Source: an uncultured delta proteobacterium
Lineage (GTDB): Bacteria > Desulfobacterota > Desulfomonilia > UBA1062
Length of the DNA: 14,883 nucleotides
Assembly (NCBI GenBank): GCA_963798485.1
Contig: CAWCTR010000028.1
Coordinates: 1-14,883, forward strand
Reading direction: 5' to 3'
Under the pieces are notes generated by a model that saw only the letters and a program-made list of their open reading frames with translations, had not been told where the DNA came from and did no database searches. Below are positions 6,687-14,883 of this stretch, one piece after another (the first letter of the stretch is position 1; every line of letters starts with the position of its first letter). The translations under genes were made by a program, and so were the position numbers.

Positions 6687-7093
6687 GGTTTGGCCTTTGT
6701 TAGTTCGATCCACAACACATCTTTTAAGGCTATCTGGTATATCCCATAGGGCAACTTACCATAGATTTTCGAGATGCTGTTTGTCTTGAGATTGCACATG
6801 ACGCCGGTGCCCTTTATGGACGCACATGCGGAGCCTTCCTTCATCTCGATGCGGGTGATGGTATCAAAAGGTATCTCAACCCGGCCCCTGCCCATGTATA
6901 CGTTGAATGTGGTCTTGCCGTCAAAAGTAGCTGATGTGATCGTTACCTCATTGTTTGAGGTGTCCTTGATCTTCGCATTAAAGGGTGACTCGGCCGCGCT
7001 TTGACCGGGTGAACCGGCGCTGCCCATCCCCATAAGAAAAATACCAAGGACCATAAGTAATGCTGTGCGATAAAGATAACCTGTTCTGTTCAT
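6683..7093 (-). CDS. Hypothetical exported or membrane-anchored protein (136 aa) with MGMG motif after the signal-like segment
   Basis: Hydrophobic N-terminus ending FLMGMG, then a beta-rich domain; 4-nt overlaps with both neighbours (ATGA, GTGA); GGAGG SD upstream. Confidence 0.8.
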   Translation of the reverse strand: MNRTGYLYRTALLMVLGIFLMGMGSAGSPGQSAAESPFNAKIKDTSNNEVTITSATFDGKTTFNVYMGRGRVEIPFDTITRIEMKEGSACASIKGTGVMCNLKTNSISKIYGKLPYGIYQIALKDVLWIELTKAKP

Positions 7094-7311
7094 AGCTCAT
7101 ATACCTCCTTTACAACCCCTTCTATTTGAAGTGCGCCGATGAGATCAAATATCGGTGCCCTGCTGCCTTCGGGATAATGTATAATGAGAAGGCCCTGAAT
7201 AGGGTCCTTTGTGCTGACAGTACCCAAGCCGTCATAGCCTTGGACGACATAGCTCACATAAAAGATATCCTTCCGATCAACCGTAAGGAAGACCACCTGG
7301 AAATCAACCAT
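7090..7311 (-). CDS. DUF4911-like small protein (73 aa)
   Basis: DIFYVSYVVQGYDGLGTVSTKD..GLLIIHYP matches the recalled DUF4911 pattern (I.Y....xxYDG...V.T.D...G). Start placed at ATG 7311. Confidence 0.72.
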   Translation of the reverse strand: MVDFQVVFLTVDRKDIFYVSYVVQGYDGLGTVSTKDPIQGLLIIHYPEGSRAPIFDLIGALQIEGVVKEVYEL

Positions 7312-7400
7312 GATTTTCGAATACCACAAGAGATACGCTTTTGAAACAATTATCAAGGGCTATGGGTCCGACATATTGCCTTTGCCTTTCAATAAAATCC

Positions 7401-7430
7401 TTGACATCATCGAGTTTGAAATGATAGAAA
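7401..7430 (+). promoter_or_regulatory. Putative sigma-70 promoter of the atp operon
   Basis: TTGACA (7401-7406), 18 nt, extended -10 TG-A-TAGAAA (7422-7430), with an AT-rich upstream element. Confidence 0.6.
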
Positions 7431-7592
7431 AAATTGATCTGAATGAGTGAACAGCCATTCAGTCAAGGGCTGTAGAGTAACCATTGCAGAGGCCACATGG
7501 GAATCTGATATATATAATATTCCCAAAAGATTGACGTTCAAGCAAGATGGCAGGAGTGCTTTCTCGATGACCGACGTCTAAGGAGGCAGGCT

Positions 7593-8021
7593 TTGATAGA
7601 GATTAATTTTACACTTCTCATACAGGCATTCAATTTTTTTCTTCTTCTCATAATTCTCAATAAGATCCTTTATAAGCCGATCCTGAAGATCCTTGAAGAA
7701 AGGGAGCAAAGGATCGACGGTCAGCAGCAGCAGGCCAAGAAAATCATTGAAGATGGCCAGGTGCTTCATGCTGATTACAATAAGAAGCTTTACAATGCAA
7801 AGATAGAGGCCATGAATACAAAGAATGCAGCGCGAAACGCAGCTTCTGAGCAGGCCAACGGCATCATCGATGCTTCCCGCAAGAAGGCGGAAGAGATCAT
7901 CAACCAGATGCAGCAGCAGATGGCCTCGGAACTGATCCAGGCAAAAAAGGAACTCGAACCGGAACTGAGTGTTATGTCGGCAACGATTGCTCAGCAGATC
8001 CTGGGGAGGAAGGTGGCATGA
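7593..8021 (+). CDS. atpF: F0F1 ATP synthase subunit b' (b paralogue)
   Basis: NFTLLIQAFNFFLLLIILNKILYKPILKILEERE is a typical b N-terminus, followed by coiled coil; TTG start with AAGGAGG SD. Confidence 0.93.
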   Translation: MIEINFTLLIQAFNFFLLLIILNKILYKPILKILEEREQRIDGQQQQAKKIIEDGQVLHADYNKKLYNAKIEAMNTKNAARNAASEQANGIIDASRKKAEEIINQMQQQMASELIQAKKELEPELSVMSATIAQQILGRKVA

Positions 8022-8593
8022 TGCAGCGAATAAAAAAGGTTCTCCCCCTTGTAATAACTTTTGTCTTTGTCGTCTTTACGGTTGCATTCGCAGCCGAGGG
8101 GGGTGGTGAAGGAGGTCATAAGGCAATCTGGCTTATGGTGTGGCGTATCGTCAACTTCCTCATTCTGATGGCGCTCTTGTGGAAGCTCCTTGCCGATACG
8201 ATCAGGAAGTATTTTGTGGGCCGCAAGGAAGAGATCGCCCAGATGATCGAAGAGGCTGACAAGGCCAAGTCCGATGCCGATACCCAGTATGCCGACATCC
8301 AGCAGAAGCTAGGGAACGTTGAAAAAGACATCAATGATATCAAGAATGCCATCATGGGCGAGCTTGAAGGTGAAAAGGCCCGCATCATCGAAGAAGGCAA
8401 GGTATCGGCGGAGCGTATTATCCAGCAGGCCAAGTGGACTGCCGAGCAGGAAGTGGTCAAGGTTAAGAAAGAACTTAAGGAGCACGTGGTGGAAATGGCC
8501 GGAGACATGGCTTCAGGCATGATTACCAACAGCATGACCCCGGACGACCAGAAACGTATCCTTGAAGAATATTTAAATAAGGTAGTGAGGTAA
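8018..8593 (+). CDS. atpF: F0F1 ATP synthase subunit b
   Basis: WRIVNFLILMALLWKLL...RKEEI TM segment plus coiled coil ending DQKRILEEYL; N-terminal signal-like extension; ATGA overlap with b'. Confidence 0.93.
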   Translation: MMQRIKKVLPLVITFVFVVFTVAFAAEGGGEGGHKAIWLMVWRIVNFLILMALLWKLLADTIRKYFVGRKEEIAQMIEEADKAKSDADTQYADIQQKLGNVEKDINDIKNAIMGELEGEKARIIEEGKVSAERIIQQAKWTAEQEVVKVKKELKEHVVEMAGDMASGMITNSMTPDDQKRILEEYLNKVVR

Positions 8594-8595
8594 CC

Positions 8596-10654
<2,059 letters not shown>

Positions 10655-10667
10655 CTAAGGAGAGGAA

Positions 10668-12970
<2,303 letters not shown>

Positions 12971-12982
12971 GGGAGAATATTC

Positions 12983-13405
12983 ATGGCTGAAGAATACATG
13001 CAGCTTGACGTGGTTACGCCTGAGAAGGCCGTGCTTAGCCGCAAGGCCCTCGAGGTGGTTGCGCCCGGCAGCCAGGGTGAATTCGGTGTACTCATCGGTC
13101 ATACGCCGTTCCTCACCACGCTTAAGCCCGGCCAGATCATTGTCAAGACTGAGGACAGGGATATCTACCTTGCCGTAGGCGGCGGATTCGCCGAGGTCAT
13201 ATCAAACAGGGTGATCATCCTGGCCGAGACGGCGGATATGGCCGAAGACATCATTGCCGAAGATGCAAAGGCCGAAATAGAACAGGCCCATGAGAAGCTG
13301 CGCGAGTATGGCAGGGATGACCCCGAGTATACCAGGTGGGAGACCCGCTTGGTAAGGTCCGAGGTGAAGCTCAGGGTTTTTGAGAACTGGGAAAAATCAA
13401 GGTAA
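12983..13405 (+). CDS. atpC: ATP synthase F1 subunit epsilon
   Basis: LDVVTPE, GEFGVLIGHTPFLTTLKPG, GGFAEV; last gene of the operon. Confidence 0.97.
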   Translation: MAEEYMQLDVVTPEKAVLSRKALEVVAPGSQGEFGVLIGHTPFLTTLKPGQIIVKTEDRDIYLAVGGGFAEVISNRVIILAETADMAEDIIAEDAKAEIEQAHEKLREYGRDDPEYTRWETRLVRSEVKLRVFENWEKSR

Positions 13406-13429
13406 TCAGTTTCATAATAGAATGACTTA

Positions 13430-13458
13430 AAAAGAGGGGCCGTTAAGGCCCTTCTTTT
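13430..13458 (+). terminator. Rho-independent terminator of the atp operon (possibly bidirectional)
   Basis: AAAAGAGGGGCC-GTTAA-GGCCCTTCTTTT hairpin with A- and U-tracts, 25 nt after the atpC stop. Confidence 0.85.
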
Positions 13459-13473
13459 ATATCGCAAGGATCA

Positions 13474-13502
13474 TTGACTCTCTATGCGAATCCTTTTATA
13501 AG
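13474..13502 (+). promoter_or_regulatory. Sigma-70 promoter of tRNA-Arg
   Basis: TTGACT (13474-13479), 17 nt, TATAAG (13497-13502), 18 nt upstream of the mature tRNA. Confidence 0.7.
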
Positions 13503-13520
13503 CAGATTTCATATCCGTGT

Positions 13521-13597
13521 GCGCCCATAGCCCAGTTGGATAGAGCGTTGGACTACGAATCCAAAGGTCGCAGGTTCGAATCCTGCTGGGCGCACCA
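13521..13597 (+). tRNA. tRNA-Arg (anticodon ACG)
   Basis: Acceptor stem GCGCCCA/TGGGCGC, D-loop with A20, anticodon arm TTGGA-CT-ACG-AA-TCCAA, T-arm GCAGG-TTCGAAT-CCTGC, encoded CCA; 77 nt. Confidence 0.98.
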
Positions 13598-13653
13598 CTT
13601 CTAGAGCCAATATATAGGGATGAATCAATCTCCTTATAATCCTTAATTCTTAT

Positions 13654-13674
13654 CCTGTCCCCCGCCTGTCCCCC
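13654..13674 (+). repeat. Tandem direct repeat CCTGTCCCCC x2 (11-nt period), resembling integrase arm-type sites
   Basis: Exact 10-mers at 13654-13663 and 13665-13674, 56 nt after the tRNA 3' end in otherwise AT-rich DNA. Confidence 0.6.
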
Positions 13675-14154
13675 ATTTGTACTTAAACACTCTTAAAAAT
13701 CATGCAGGGAATGCTAAAAACATAATGGACCCCCCGCCGCTGGGCCAAGCTACCCACCTTGTTATTATCTCGATAAGGCTCGTACTATCCCCAGGGGTAT
13801 TTTCAGGACTTCGATAATGGGTCGATATAAATCTAATAATTTAAAGGGTGAAAGCATTCTTTATAGATCATCCAGTTAAAGCGATTTTCCCAAATCACAG
13901 GAACAGATTATAATCTTGAACGAATAATGAGCGGCAGGGGAAAGCCAAATAGTGAAGATTATGGTTACAAATAATCAGTAATCATAAACCGTTGCACCTG
14001 GCACGAGATCTATCGTCGTGGTCAAGTAGCAATCAGTTCAATAATCATGATTCATCATACCGAAACAAAATTCACTTTTAATTATATTATTGTTAAAATA
14101 AGCTGTATAATATATTTATTAACGCTATAAATTTAACAATAATATGGAGGGGGT

Positions 14155-14613
14155 ATGAAAAGAATTTATTTTTTAGTGGCAATGTTCGCACTTCTTTTTC
14201 AATCGTGTTCAATTGGTCGCGTATTGAACGGACCTCCTGCTCTGGACATGGGCAAAGTAAAGGTTGGTGCTTCGAGAAGCGATATTATTTCAGTACTAGG
14301 CGTACCAAAGAGCACGGAAAAAGAGGCCGATTCAAGGATAGACATGTTTGAATTCGTTGACGGGTATTCTGCGGGGTCCAAATTCAGAGCCATTCCCTAT
14401 ATCCTATTTGATGTGGCAACATTAGGAATAACTGAATTGATATTCTGGCCCATCGAGTGTTCAATAGGACCAGGCATTGAAGGACGAGCTGTCGTTACCT
14501 ATGGACTCGATGATATTACAAAGGAAATATCACTTGCAAAGCAGGATGGCACTCCCTGGCCGGGAAGAGATTCACTGGCCCCTATGCTGCCCAATTCTAT
14601 GCCTACTAAATAG
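14155..14613 (+). CDS. Lipoprotein with SmpA/BamE-like motif (152 aa)
   Basis: MKR, hydrophobic stretch and FQSC lipobox; KVKVGASRSDIISVLGVP resembles the BamE/SmpA 'G.s..eV...lG.P' pattern; GGAGG SD; TATAAT at 14106-14111. Confidence 0.78.
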   Translation: MKRIYFLVAMFALLFQSCSIGRVLNGPPALDMGKVKVGASRSDIISVLGVPKSTEKEADSRIDMFEFVDGYSAGSKFRAIPYILFDVATLGITELIFWPIECSIGPGIEGRAVVTYGLDDITKEISLAKQDGTPWPGRDSLAPMLPNSMPTK

Positions 14614-14624
14614 AAATCCGCTAT

Positions 14625-14726
14625 TTGTGCCATGAATGAACACGTAGGGTTGTGTCTCTGGCTTTCCGCCACTTACCCAAGGTGAGAGCCCGGTGCGCGA
14701 AGCACGCTCGTCGGCTCTGTGGGGAG
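14625..14726 (+). mobile_element. Degenerate, internally deleted group II intron remnant
   Basis: Domain V-like hairpin GAGCCCGGTGCG-CGAAGCA-CGC-TC-GTCGGCTC (14686-14717) with AGC triad and 2-nt bulge, followed by TGTGGGGAG. It is preceded by ...ATYPR-TGA and by a 5'-end-like TTGTGCC...CACGTAGGGT at 14625. Confidence 0.68.
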
Positions 14727-14771
14727 TGTGATGTAAGGAGCAACCAAATCGAGATAAAAGAACAACCGGTT

Positions 14772-14882
14772 TTATAAGCCTAGAGAAACTGAATAGAATG
14801 TGCCAGAGGCACCGAACTGAGTTGAGATTTTAAAACCTACAGATAACATACCAAGATTGTCGCTTTCACCATAGTATAGATT
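14772..14882 (-). CDS. 3' end of a CDS running off the window edge (…NLYYGESDNLGMLSVGFKISTQFGASGTFYSVSLGL*)
   Basis: One minus-strand frame is open from the window edge to TAA at 14774-14772; the alternating beta-strand-like pattern suggests an outer-membrane protein. Only 36 codons are visible. Confidence 0.4.
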   Translation of the reverse strand, partial: NLYYGESDNLGMLSVGFKISTQFGASGTFYSVSLGL

Positions 14883-14883
14883 T

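Noticed and set aside
905-8021. Possible selenocysteine read-through at TGA-ending genes near selB
   Set aside because: Each TGA falls at the expected family C-terminus or overlaps the next start codon; no CxxU-type context or evident SECIS.
13521-13597. tRNA-Sec (selC) candidate, given selB in the window
   Set aside because: Anticodon is ACG, the variable loop is short and the acceptor stem is 7 bp: ordinary tRNA-Arg.
13725-13817. 30-codon ORF MDPPPLGQ… and a C-run/G-run segment reminiscent of phage packaging regions
   Set aside because: No RBS, no recognisable motif and no terminase or HNH gene in the window to support it.
13999-14014. TGGCACG as a sigma-54 -24 element
   Set aside because: The -12 position reads AT rather than GC.
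14103-14118. CTGTATAATATATTTA as a LexA box (also CTGTATATTCAG near 650-661)
   Set aside because: Lacks the ACAG half-site at the required CTGT-N8-ACAG spacing.

Overview
Mostly core-genome DNA from what looks like a Desulfobacterota ('deltaproteobacterial') chromosome; the taxonomy is inferred from the split atp operon, the b'/b pair and the FYDLN and DUF4911-type genes. Left to right: a lipoprotein, a GTAG-type REP doublet, a CPBP/CAAX protease divergent from a stand-alone and probably leaderless selB, a 35-aa small ORF behind an apparent sigma-54 promoter, bamD and an LpoA-like periplasmic-binding-fold gene, an FYDLN zinc-ribbon gene, a single REP, a coupled DUF4911-like/hypothetical/cvpA operon, atpF'-F-H-A-G-D-C (no atpI/B/E) with its terminator, and tRNA-Arg(ACG). 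An AT-rich accessory segment follows the tRNA. It carries an integrase arm-site-like tandem repeat, a BamE/SmpA-like lipoprotein gene, a ~120-nt internally deleted group II intron remnant and the 3' end of a convergent CDS. The strongest unannotated signals are the sigma-54/IHF/UAS-like region upstream of the small ORF that converges on selB, and the mini group II intron remnant. All calls come from reading the sequence by eye; no searches were run.
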